A stretch of DNA of 64,000 bases from Alphaproteobacteria bacterium (GTDB lineage Bacteria > Pseudomonadota > Alphaproteobacteria > Micavibrionales > UBA2020). Below are positions 37,478 through 45,853 of this stretch, in pieces. The stretch covers positions 100,964 through 164,963 of the forward strand of contig JBGGMV010000028.1 in the NCBI GenBank assembly GCA_041287865.1, given 5' to 3'. The position numbers and the translations under genes were made by a program. The notes under the pieces are model-generated. The model made no database searches. It was given only the letters and a program-made list of their open reading frames with translations, and was not told the origin of the DNA. The first letter of the stretch is position 1. Every line of letters starts with the position of its first letter.

Positions 37478-38296
37478 ATGAATTACAGGTTATACCTTGC
37501 CGCGCTGCTGCTCGCAGGCTTTACCTTCACCGCGACACCGGCGGCGGCGCAGGGTTACGCAGGTGTGCTGCCCGCTGAAAATGTCGATTCGTCCGATGAC
37601 GGCGCGCTGCCCTTCACGGCCACCCAGATGGGCGCGCCGGCCGGCGGCAGCCAGGCGAATGTGACCGACGGCGGCGGCGCTGCGGCGGGCGGCGGCGAGA
37701 GCGGCAGTGAGGAACAGGCCTCGGCAGAGGGCGCGGACGTCACGGAGGGCGAAGCGCCCGATCCGAGCGACATCTTCGGCCTGAACGGCGATACCACGCT
37801 GTCGACCGACGAGCAAAACCAGCCCACGGGCAAGACCGGCTTTATGGCGATGATCGGCGGGGATGAAAAATCCAAGGATCCGAAAGGAATCGACACCTAT
37901 GTCGATGAGACGCCTACCGACCTCTACCGCGCGATGGAGGGCTCGGGTTCGGCGCAAAGCGAAGGCGAAAAGGCGCGCCTGCGCCTCAACCGCCAGCTGG
38001 AAGCCGCCCGGATCGAGCATGACAAGGAAATCGACGCGATGAACGCGGCGCGCATGCGCGATAACCAGATCAAGGCGCAGGAAGAAATGGACCGCATCAC
38101 GGCCATCCAGCAAGAAGCCCTGACGAGAGTTCGCGAAGCGAATGGCACGGCCACAGACGAGGACTACGAGGCGCTGAATAGCGCCGGGACGCAGGAAAGC
38201 GATACCGGCACCGGCGAGGCCGTTGAAGGCGTGGCAGAAAGCGCCGAAGGCACGGAAGACCTTACCAGCGACGATAACGGCAAAGCCGCGGAATAA
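37478..38296 (+). CDS. Secreted acidic low-complexity protein
   Basis: GGGAGG RBS; signal peptide ending AAA; Gly/Glu/Asp-rich with a central coiled coil. Confidence 0.7.
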   Translation: MNYRLYLAALLLAGFTFTATPAAAQGYAGVLPAENVDSSDDGALPFTATQMGAPAGGSQANVTDGGGAAAGGGESGSEEQASAEGADVTEGEAPDPSDIFGLNGDTTLSTDEQNQPTGKTGFMAMIGGDEKSKDPKGIDTYVDETPTDLYRAMEGSGSAQSEGEKARLRLNRQLEAARIEHDKEIDAMNAARMRDNQIKAQEEMDRITAIQQEALTRVREANGTATDEDYEALNSAGTQESDTGTGEAVEGVAESAEGTEDLTSDDNGKAAE

Positions 38297-38298
38297 GC

Positions 38299-38865
38299 TT
38301 GAACATCCCCGCCGGACCCGAGAAAAAGCGCATCAGCCCGCACCTGCAGGGCGTCATCCTGATTTTGCTGGCGGTAGGGCTGCTCTGGGCGGGGCAGCAT
38401 TTCGACATGACGGCGCAGCAGGCGCATCACCGCCTGCTGGTTTCCACAGCCAAGGCGCGCGGCGATGTGTTCGAGAAATCGGTGGTCTTCGTCATGCATC
38501 ACCTTAAATCGGGCGCGACTGGAATCGTGCTCAACAAAAGCAGTGGCGGGCCTGTCGGGGCGGACAAGTTTTTCACGCTGCATACGCCTGAAGCGGCGAC
38601 GCCGGAAACGGTGGAGCTGAAAGATCTTGGCGTCGCCCTGACCGAGGGCCGCGTGACCGGCAAAAAACTGCTGGCGCAGGTCCCGCCGCCCGCATGGCAT
38701 GTCACGGTGCAGGGCTACGCGGGCTGGAGCGGCCGGCAGCTGGATCTGGAGATCGATCAGGGCGAATGGCGCATCATTCCCTTCGACAAGGATATTGTCC
38801 GGCTGAAGGGGCAAGCGATGTGGGACGCCGCCGACAAGCTGGCTGACGCGAAAGACAAAAAATAA
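38299..38865 (+). CDS. YqgE/AlgH (DUF179) family protein with N-terminal TM
   Basis: FEKSVVFV.HH..GATGIVLNK, GGPV, GYAGWS..QL..EI..GEW. Confidence 0.8.
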   Translation: MNIPAGPEKKRISPHLQGVILILLAVGLLWAGQHFDMTAQQAHHRLLVSTAKARGDVFEKSVVFVMHHLKSGATGIVLNKSSGGPVGADKFFTLHTPEAATPETVELKDLGVALTEGRVTGKKLLAQVPPPAWHVTVQGYAGWSGRQLDLEIDQGEWRIIPFDKDIVRLKGQAMWDAADKLADAKDKK

Positions 38866-38874
38866 TTTTCGTGA

Positions 38875-38952
38875 TTACTTTTTCTTCTCGAAGTTGCAAG
38901 GCGTGCAACGCAACTATTTTTTTGCAAAATTGCAGGGCGTGCAACGCACGAC
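38875..38952 (-). repeat. Tandem in-frame duplication of the 3' end of the 38914-39219 gene
   Basis: VRCTPCNFAKK-TAG immediately followed by LRCTPCNFEKKK-TAA. Confidence 0.85.
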
Positions 38953-39219
38953 TTCGTCGTCCTTCATTTCATAGAACATGATGACGCCGCGCTCGATCGC
39001 TTCTTCCAGATAATCCTTGCGCAGGTCTTTCAGCACGGCGGATTTGTTGGCGGCCGTGATCAGCACGTCGCGCGGATTGTCGGGGCTGACCTTGAACTGC
39101 GCGGGCGCATCGACGCCGCCGTCGAAAGTGCCGATTTTGTTGATAAGGATGGTGACGCCGGTACGGGCGGCGAACATCACATCGTATTTGCTGATAACTT
39201 CAGGGCTTGAACCAGCCAT
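38914..39219 (-). CDS. Hypothetical protein with C-terminal CTPC (101 aa)
   Basis: GGAGAGG RBS; GC3-rich codon usage. Confidence 0.75.
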   Translation of the reverse strand: MAGSSPEVISKYDVMFAARTGVTILINKIGTFDGGVDAPAQFKVSPDNPRDVLITAANKSAVLKDLRKDYLEEAIERGVIMFYEMKDDEVVRCTPCNFAKK

Positions 39220-39289
39220 GCAGACACCTCTCCATGCATATTAGCCGAGTCTGTCTTAACAAATGGTTTTCAGCTATAATCAAAGGCGC

Positions 39290-39928
39290 ATGGAAAGTTT
39301 AGGTAAAATATTGCTGCGCGGACTGCCAAAAGGGCTGGAAATCGCGCTTTTACAACAGCTTGACGCCGAGGTAAGCGCCCGGCCTGCCGTCGGCTCAGAC
39401 GGCCATGGGACAACTTCTGCCGCCGGCTCAGGCGGCCATATCTACGATCTCGTCATACAGCCCGGGGATGGCGGTTTCGACCACCCTTTGGGCACGCCGG
39501 TGCTGTCGATCGACCTCACCCGCCGCCAGCGCCTTGGCCTGCTGCTGCGCACCGCGCGGCAAATGATCGAGGAGCCGTCATTGCACCTTGAGGATTTCAG
39601 AATCGGCCCCTGGCTGTTCCGCCCGCAGGAAAAAACGCTGGAGCAGCAGGACCAGCCGCCGGTAACGCTGACCGACAAGGAAGTGGATATTCTCTCCTAT
39701 CTCGCCAAGTGCTCGGCTGGCGGCGTGACGGTCGGGCGCGAGGAACTGCTGCGGCGCGTCTGGGGCTATAGCGAAGGGGTCGATACGCATACGCTCGAAA
39801 CCCACATCTACCGCCTGCGCCAGAAGATCGAGGAAAAAAACGGCGACGCCGCGCCGGCTGCCGCAGGTTCGCCGCAATCCCAGAATTTGCTGGTTACGCT
39901 GGAGGACGGCTACCGGCTGAATCTTTAG
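39290..39928 (+). CDS. OmpR/PhoB-type winged-helix regulator with degenerate receiver domain
   Basis: LTDKEVDILSYL..REELLRRVWGY..THTLETHIYRLRQKIE..GYRL; N-terminal part lacks a recognisable DD/D/K receiver triad. Confidence 0.85.
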   Translation: MESLGKILLRGLPKGLEIALLQQLDAEVSARPAVGSDGHGTTSAAGSGGHIYDLVIQPGDGGFDHPLGTPVLSIDLTRRQRLGLLLRTARQMIEEPSLHLEDFRIGPWLFRPQEKTLEQQDQPPVTLTDKEVDILSYLAKCSAGGVTVGREELLRRVWGYSEGVDTHTLETHIYRLRQKIEEKNGDAAPAAAGSPQSQNLLVTLEDGYRLNL

Positions 39929-40502
39929 CCTCGGCCGCCTTCAGAAGCTTCGTCACCTCCTCCAGCACGCGGGCGCCTTTGCGGATATCATGCACCACCT
40001 GGTGCCTGTCCTTGCCCTTCACGCTGAGGCGTTTATCGGAGGCGATCGTCAGCACAAGATCCGACAGGCCGAAGAACACCTGCACCGGCCCGCGCCTGAT
40101 GCGCGCCGACGAAATGTTGCGGTAGGGCTGGCTGATGCGGTCGCGCAGCATGAAGTTTTCGGTGAATTCCAGATGGTCCTTGTAAAAATCGTAGCGCACC
40201 GCGCGGCAGTCGAGCCAGCCGAAGAACCACTGCGGCAGGAAGATCAGCGCGATGACCGTGCCGATCACCCATTGCTCGGCTTCCTCGCCCTGCAGATTGA
40301 AAAAGTATTTCGCGCCCTTCATCAGCTCGGGCATCAGGAAGACCAGCACCATCAGCGATAACGCAAGGCGCACGGGATGGCGCAGCAATACGAGAAGCGG
40401 ATTAAAGCGCGAACGCACGGAAAACACGGGTTTTTCGCGCGGCGCGTTGCTTTTCTGCCCTGCGACGGGTATCGCGGGTTTTGGCTGGCTGCCTTGCGGC
40501 AT
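39894..40502 (-). CDS. Membrane protein with bacterial PH-like (YdbS/T-type) domain
   Basis: Two TMs then YDFYKDHLEF..PYRNISS..GPVQVFFGLSDL. Confidence 0.6.
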   Translation of the reverse strand: MPQGSQPKPAIPVAGQKSNAPREKPVFSVRSRFNPLLVLLRHPVRLALSLMVLVFLMPELMKGAKYFFNLQGEEAEQWVIGTVIALIFLPQWFFGWLDCRAVRYDFYKDHLEFTENFMLRDRISQPYRNISSARIRRGPVQVFFGLSDLVLTIASDKRLSVKGKDRHQVVHDIRKGARVLEEVTKLLKAAEAKDSAGSRPPA

Positions 40503-41104
40503 CAGGTACCCTGCGGTTGTTGCTGTGGCGCGGGCGCCGCATCCTGCGGCTTGGCGGCGGGAGCGCTTCTGGCGGCCTGCTGGCGGGCGCGGCCTTCGAC
40601 GATATCGGTGATTTTAGTGAGATAGTTTTTCGCCTGCGGCAGGTCGTAAAGCTCCAGGCCCGCGAAACCGCCGCGACGATAACCCATGGTCGGCACGGAA
40701 ATATAAATGGTGGTGAGCCGCTGGTGATCCTGCAGGGCGGAGGCGTGCTGGTCGATGCCGGTGATCTCGCTATAGCGCACGCGGCCGCGGCGGCGGTTCA
40801 GGTAGAGCTTGAAATACTGGAATTCGAGGTAATCCTCGTGGAAGTTGAAGAGCGTGCGCTGGTAGGCTTTTTTCTTCAGCTCGAAGAAAAAGATCGGCAC
40901 GCCGAAGCCGCTGACGATCAGGAAGAACCAGTAAGCCGCGCCGGCGGCACGCGGGTTGATGAACGAAAGAATGATGTAGAAAAAAGTTCCCAGCAAAATC
41001 GTCAAAACGAAAATGCCCAGCACCGACACGCCGAGCGACTGCAGTAATGTGAGACTGCTGTCGAAAGTGGGACGGACGGAGAGGAGTGGACGCTTCTTTT
41101 CCAT
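40502..41104 (-). CDS. Membrane protein with bacterial PH-like domain, paralogue of the downstream gene
   Basis: LSVRPTF, two TMs, FNFHEDYLEF..RYSEITG..LQ; TGATG coupling. Confidence 0.6.
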   Translation of the reverse strand: MEKKRPLLSVRPTFDSSLTLLQSLGVSVLGIFVLTILLGTFFYIILSFINPRAAGAAYWFFLIVSGFGVPIFFFELKKKAYQRTLFNFHEDYLEFQYFKLYLNRRRGRVRYSEITGIDQHASALQDHQRLTTIYISVPTMGYRRGGFAGLELYDLPQAKNYLTKITDIVEGRARQQAARSAPAAKPQDAAPAPQQQPQGT

Positions 41105-41243
41105 ACCCGCAAGTATCCTATGGCGCGGCATATTTCTCAATAGCTTCTTGGACTTGCCGCCGCAGGCGCGCGCATTTCAAATGATGCGCAAGCGTTCACA
41201 TCCCCTATTCGGGAAAGCAGCGCGGCTTCTTTTCGATAAAGGG

Positions 41244-41984
41244 TTATTTCTTGAGCTGGAGCAGGCTGTCGTTCATCGGGTCGGGCGCGGCCTTTTGCAT
41301 GTTGCTCCACAGCTTCTCTTTGCTCTCGGCGTCAAAAAGATCGATGTGGTCGATGGAGCCTGTCATGACGGTGTATTCCTTGCCGTCTTCCAGCGGCGTC
41401 ATCCGGTCGGGCGGATCGGCGTAGGTGGGCGAGAAGAAGATGTAGAGCATATAGTCGTTATTCTTGCCGCGCCCCTTGTCGATGGCGAGCGCGGTCGCGT
41501 CGTCGGAGGCGTCGATCCACTGGTGCTCGCCCAGCTGCAGGGGAATGAAGGCGTAGTTCTTGCCGCTGTAGACATACTTGAAGTTCATCGCGTCATTGAG
41601 CTCGTTGATGATGAAGCCCTTGTTGCGCACGCTGAACGACGACACCGTGACGGGAACCTTCACCACCAGCTTGTCGCCCGCGGTGGTCATCTCGTAGTTA
41701 TTGCGGAGCGCCATGACCTTGGCGTCCACAACCTTTTCCTTGTCGAAGTCGTTGGCAGCCTTGTATTCGTCGGAGGCGCGCGCGATCCCCTTGAAATCGG
41801 GCCGGCGGGCGGACAGCACGTGGTGCAGCAGCATGACCTGTTCAGGCGTCGTGATGCTGGGCGCGGCGGGGGCGCCCATGGGCGTGGCGAAGCCGCCGTA
41901 CTGGCCCAGGACCTGCGCCTGAGACGTAGACAAGCCCAGCAGCAGCGCGAAACCGACAATGCCGAAAAAAGCCAGTTTTTTCAT
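41244..41984 (-). CDS. Secreted hypothetical protein (tentatively DUF4852-like)
   Basis: GGGGGAG RBS; signal peptide ending SQA; PDFKGIARASDEYKAANDFDK; family name is from recollection only. Confidence 0.6.
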   Translation of the reverse strand: MKKLAFFGIVGFALLLGLSTSQAQVLGQYGGFATPMGAPAAPSITTPEQVMLLHHVLSARRPDFKGIARASDEYKAANDFDKEKVVDAKVMALRNNYEMTTAGDKLVVKVPVTVSSFSVRNKGFIINELNDAMNFKYVYSGKNYAFIPLQLGEHQWIDASDDATALAIDKGRGKNNDYMLYIFFSPTYADPPDRMTPLEDGKEYTVMTGSIDHIDLFDAESKEKLWSNMQKAAPDPMNDSLLQLKK

Positions 41985-42060
41985 GGTGCTATACTCCCCC
42001 GAACAACATATATTGAATATAGCATGAAAGTTGTTAAAAGCGAGTAGCGGCCCTAAATAG

Positions 42061-42570
42061 ATGAAAAAAGGCAAAAAAGACGATACCGAGGACGCTCGCC
42101 TGTGGCGGCATGTAACAAAATCCGTCCGCCCGCTCAAGGAAAAGCCTGCCCCCGCCAAGCCGCCCGTCGTTACGTCAAAACCCAAGGCGGCGACAGAGAA
42201 GCCCCGCCTGCCCCCTGCCCCGCCGCCGAAATTCCAGCCCGCCGCAAAGCCCCCTGCTTTCGACAAAGGCGAGGAGCAAAAACTGCGTAAAGGGGCGCGG
42301 GAGGTCGAGGCCCGCATCGACCTGCACGGCATGGGACAGGCCGAAGCCTACGACGCGCTCACCCGTTTTATCGCCCGCAGCCGCGGGCGGGATATACGCA
42401 ACCTGCTGGTCATCACCGGCAAGGGCCGCGTGGGCGGCGGCGTATTGCGGCGGCTGTTGCCGCTCTGGCTGGAGGAAGCGGGGTTGCGCGCAAACATCCT
42501 CGCCTTCACGCCTGCGCGGCGCGAGGACGGCGGCGAGGGCGCTTTCTACATTCGCTTGCGGAAAAAATGA
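42061..42570 (+). CDS. Smr/MutS2 C-terminal domain protein
   Basis: EARIDLHGM..A, LLVITGKG, GGEGAFY. Confidence 0.93.
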   Translation: MKKGKKDDTEDARLWRHVTKSVRPLKEKPAPAKPPVVTSKPKAATEKPRLPPAPPPKFQPAAKPPAFDKGEEQKLRKGAREVEARIDLHGMGQAEAYDALTRFIARSRGRDIRNLLVITGKGRVGGGVLRRLLPLWLEEAGLRANILAFTPARREDGGEGAFYIRLRKK

Positions 42571-43407
42571 TTACGGTTTCGGCGGCGGGAGTTTCGCGCT
42601 GAATTTCTTGGCCATGCCGTCGCCGATCTCGCCCGGCATGCCGCCAAGCGCCGTCAGGCGTTCGGACGCCGCCTGCAGCGCCTCTTCGCCATAGTCGCGG
42701 AAGGCATAGCCGTTCATGGCGGCCTGCCTGCCGTCGCGGTCGAAAAAGATTTCCGTCACGCGCTTCATCTCGAAATTGAAAACGGTGCGCAGGCGTCCGT
42801 CTTCCATGTCCTTGGTGATGGCGAGCGTGCGGTTGTCGACCAGACGGCTGTCGGGATAAAGTGGTTTCGGCGGCTGCAGCAGCGCGACGCCGGTGCGCGC
42901 CGATGACGCGCGCAGCCCATGCTGTTCCAGTATCGCCACGGTGTCGAAGAAGCGGAGGTCAACCTTGTAGCCATGCGGCGTGCGGGAAAAATACTTGCTG
43001 GAACTGTCGGCGCGTTGCGTGAAGACGCGCGGGTAATGGCGGTCGAAGCCCATGCGCGACAGTTCCTTCACGGAGTCGTCTTTCAGCCGGAATTCCAGCG
43101 TGAAATGCGGCGGGCCCTGGCGCAACGAAACGTCGAATGAAACGCCCATCAGTTTCAGGTTGCGCGGCTTGCCGTCGTGGCCGACGCTCAGCTGGAACAA
43201 GGTCGTATTGGCGGTGGCGACACCGTCCTTGACGGAAAATTCGGTCTGGTCGTCCAGCGCGAAGACGGTTTCGCCTGCCTTGAAGGTGCCGCCGACGGGT
43301 TCAATGCCGGAGCCGGGCCTGCCGCCCTCGAAATCGACGATGAACTGGCGGCGCGATTGCGTATCCAGCAGGAAGCGGCGGCCGGTATATCCGGGATCGC
43401 CGCTCAT
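42571..43407 (-). CDS. Hypothetical protein, family C (shared C-terminal FNF..RR..DY..LGG domain)
   Basis: ATGA overlap at 43404-43407 defines the start; LRTVFNFEMKRVTEI..FRDYGEEALQAASERLTALGGMP. Confidence 0.75.
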   Translation of the reverse strand: MSGDPGYTGRRFLLDTQSRRQFIVDFEGGRPGSGIEPVGGTFKAGETVFALDDQTEFSVKDGVATANTTLFQLSVGHDGKPRNLKLMGVSFDVSLRQGPPHFTLEFRLKDDSVKELSRMGFDRHYPRVFTQRADSSSKYFSRTPHGYKVDLRFFDTVAILEQHGLRASSARTGVALLQPPKPLYPDSRLVDNRTLAITKDMEDGRLRTVFNFEMKRVTEIFFDRDGRQAAMNGYAFRDYGEEALQAASERLTALGGMPGEIGDGMAKKFSAKLPPPKP

Positions 43408-44396
43408 GGCACACCTTTGCCAAGGCCGGTGATATTGGCCTTGGGCGTCACGGGCTTGCCGCGGAGCGTGTAGCCGGTGACGGAAGGCTCGCCGCCCAGC
43501 TCGACCAGTTTCAGCCGCGCCTGCTCGATCGCCTCGGGCCCGTAGTCGTCGAAGGAGAAATCCTTCACCAGCGCCTGCCGCGGGTTGTTGTGTTCGTAAA
43601 TTTCCGACACGCGGCGCGCGGCGAAGTTGTAGACAATGCGCAGGTTGCCCGTATTGTCGGGCAGCGGCTTGGTTTCGACCAGCGTCTCGCGGTCGTTCGC
43701 CTTGAAGCGGCCGTAATCCCACCAGATATCGCGCAGGTCGTCGAAGAGCTTGATCTTGCGGTGCTGCTGCGCCCAATTCATCCAGCCGCCGACGTCGAGG
43801 AAAATATTGCCCTGCGCATGGCGCGCAAAGGCGCGGCCGATATCCGTGCGCCCCTCGGTCACCGCGTTCAGGAACAGCTGGCCGTTATCGAGCCCCGGAT
43901 CGGCGCCCATCTGCAGCAGCTGTTCGACGGTGTCGAGATTGCCGTCGAAGCGCAGGCCTTCGACCAGCAGGCCGGGTTTCGACGCGGCGCGCAGCGCCTG
44001 TGTCAGTTCAACTGCCTGCCCCTGCTCCAGCGCGGCGCGCTGGAGAAGCTTCAGTTCCTCGCCGGTGCCATGCACGGCCTTGGCGTTGAAAATTTCCTGC
44101 CATGGATAGATCTTGCGTTCCGCCAGCAGGATCAGCCCGTCGATATCGCAGCGGCCCAGCGTGTAGTGCAGGCGCTGCTGCATCCAGCTGTTGGACTGCA
44201 TCATCTGCACAATCCCCTTGAAGGGCTCCAGCGCCTTGGTGCGCTCGGCCTCGACCTCCGACATGCTGCGGCTGATGGAGGGCATGCGGCGCGCGGCCTG
44301 CATGTCGATGCGCAGCAGCTCGGCGTTCACCTCGTCGGCGCATTCGCGCCAGAGGGCGGGTTCCTTGCTGTTCTTGAAAAGATCGGCGAGAGCCAT
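43404..44396 (-). CDS. Family C protein with degenerate ankyrin repeats
   Basis: VEQLLQMGADP ankyrin-like; LRIVYNFAARRVSEI..FDDYGPEAIEQARLKLVELGGEP. Confidence 0.8.
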   Translation of the reverse strand: MALADLFKNSKEPALWRECADEVNAELLRIDMQAARRMPSISRSMSEVEAERTKALEPFKGIVQMMQSNSWMQQRLHYTLGRCDIDGLILLAERKIYPWQEIFNAKAVHGTGEELKLLQRAALEQGQAVELTQALRAASKPGLLVEGLRFDGNLDTVEQLLQMGADPGLDNGQLFLNAVTEGRTDIGRAFARHAQGNIFLDVGGWMNWAQQHRKIKLFDDLRDIWWDYGRFKANDRETLVETKPLPDNTGNLRIVYNFAARRVSEIYEHNNPRQALVKDFSFDDYGPEAIEQARLKLVELGGEPSVTGYTLRGKPVTPKANITGLGKGVP

Positions 44397-44731
44397 TACA
44401 GCGCCAGCCCGCCGCTTTTCGCGGGCGCATCCGGTTTATCGAGAATGCCTTCGGGCGCGCGCGGGTTGCGGCCTGCGGCCTTCAGCTGGTTGTAGTGCCA
44501 TTCGATGCTGCCGGCGTCGAATGCGGGGAAGGTGAAGATATGCGCGCCACTGCTGTCGTTCGACGGCAGGACGCTCACGATGCGGTTGAGGAAGTCGAAG
44601 GTCACGGTCTGCACCGTATTGCCGATGTTGTCGCGCTGCAAGCTGCGGATCATGTGGTCGCTGATGACATCGAGCTTGTATCGCTCGGGCAGTTTCAGGA
44701 AAGCGGCGTTGAAATTCTCGCTGGCAGGCAT
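44396..44731 (-). CDS. Stand-alone, divergent family C domain protein
   Basis: TVTFDFLNRIVS..FPAFDAGSIEWHYNQLKAAGRNP; TAATG coupling; promoter motif at 44793-44812 supports a start near 44731. Confidence 0.65.
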   Translation of the reverse strand: MPASENFNAAFLKLPERYKLDVISDHMIRSLQRDNIGNTVQTVTFDFLNRIVSVLPSNDSSGAHIFTFPAFDAGSIEWHYNQLKAAGRNPRAPEGILDKPDAPAKSGGLAL

Positions 44732-44792
44732 CGGCCTCGGACCCTTTGAACCATTGGTTTGCTGATAGGCTTTTTGTAGCCGCCGCAGAATC

Positions 44793-44812
44793 ATATGTCA
44801 ATGCGTTATGGG
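44793..44812 (-). promoter_or_regulatory. 20-bp promoter motif CCCATAACGCATTGACATAT, copy 1
   Basis: Identical to 45815-45834; contains TTGACA with TACAAA 17 nt downstream. Confidence 0.65.
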
Positions 44813-44839
44813 ATTCTAGGGCGTGGTTACGGAAAAGAA

Positions 44840-45755
44840 TTACCCGTTTTGGGGGCGCAAGCCGGGCTTCAGCGCCTTCTGCTTTTCCAGCACGCCGTCC
44901 AGTTCGCGGGGGGTTCCGCCGAGGCGAATCAGGCGCTCGCGCCGCGTCGGCCAGCGTCTCCACGTCATATTCGCCGAAGGGGATGCCCTGCATCGTCGCC
45001 TGCGCGCCCTGCCCGCTCTCGTAAATTTCATGCACGCGGCGCGAGCGGAAATTGAAGAGCGTCTTGAAGACGCTGGTGCCCTTGGCGTCGGGAATGTATT
45101 TAGCCTCCATCACCGTCTCGGCGTCGATCTTGATATGCGAGGTGCGCGCGAGCGCTTCCTGCACGCGGCCCAGCTGCGCGAAATTCTGTTCGCGCTGCAG
45201 CGCATCCATCACGCGCTGCACGGTCGACGACGATGCGCCGTGCTCTAACAAAGGTTTAATACAATCCGCTTCATGCTTGCGCAGCGCGTATTCAAGCCAT
45301 TTGCCCTCGGCGTAATTCGGGTCGCCGCCCCATTTCAGCAGCTGCCGGATCGCGTCGGGCGAGCGTTTGGTGGGCATGCCGGCGACTTCGGTCGGGTTCA
45401 GGACCCAGCTCAGCATCGGGCTGAAATCGACTTTCGCGCCCGGGCCCGGTTCTTTCGTATAGGCGGCCTGGAGTTTCTGCAGCTCGTCCACCTCGCCGCG
45501 CACGACGCGACCGGTCATCGGCATCCACCACGGCAGGTGGCCCGCGCGGCAGAGCAAAATGCATTTATCGGGATCAAGCTGGCCGAAGGTAAAGACGCGC
45601 CGGTCGTTCGTCCATTGCGCGGTGTCGTTCACGGCGGTTTTCAGCAATTGATCAAGTTCCGGCGACAGGCCGGTGTTGAGCGTATAGGTCGTGACGTCTT
45701 TCAGCAGCTGCGAAAGCCTGTCCGCCGTTTCCTGCCACTGGGGATTTCCCGGCAC
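44840..45755 (-). pseudogene. Family C ankyrin-like gene with a +1 frameshift near 44942 (pseudogene or sequence error)
   Basis: Removing one base gives EYDVETLADARERLIRLGGTP, colinear with paralogue DYGPEAIEQARLKLVELGGEP, with TAA at 44840. Confidence 0.75.
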
Positions 45756-45814
45756 GTTGCCCGCCTTGTTTCAAAAAAATGTGAACCGGCGGCAGTATCG
45801 CAGGGTGCATAACG

Positions 45815-45834
45815 ATATGTCAATGCGTTATGGG
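45815..45834 (-). promoter_or_regulatory. 20-bp promoter motif CCCATAACGCATTGACATAT, copy 2
   Basis: Identical to 44793-44812; intergenic, upstream of GTG 45755. Confidence 0.65.
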
Positions 45835-45853
45835 TATATCCGGATTCTGAAAA

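Noticed and set aside
38914-38916. TAG as a pyrrolysine or recoded codon
   Set aside because: TAG is used as an ordinary stop elsewhere in the window (e.g. amidase, 49899 and 51227 genes) and no pyl genes are present; only leaky readthrough remains possible.
41985-42332. N-terminal extension of ORF 41244-42332
   Set aside because: Antisense to the Smr gene; a signal peptide and strong RBS define the start at 41984.
43408-43776. N-terminal extension of ORF 42571-43776
   Set aside because: Overlaps the conserved C-terminal domain of gene 43404-44396 in another frame; the ATGA junction at 43404-43407 gives the real start.
44436-44839. C-terminal extension of the 439-aa ORF 44436-45755
   Set aside because: Produced by the frameshift at about 44942; it runs through a promoter motif and overlaps gene 44396-44731 out of frame.
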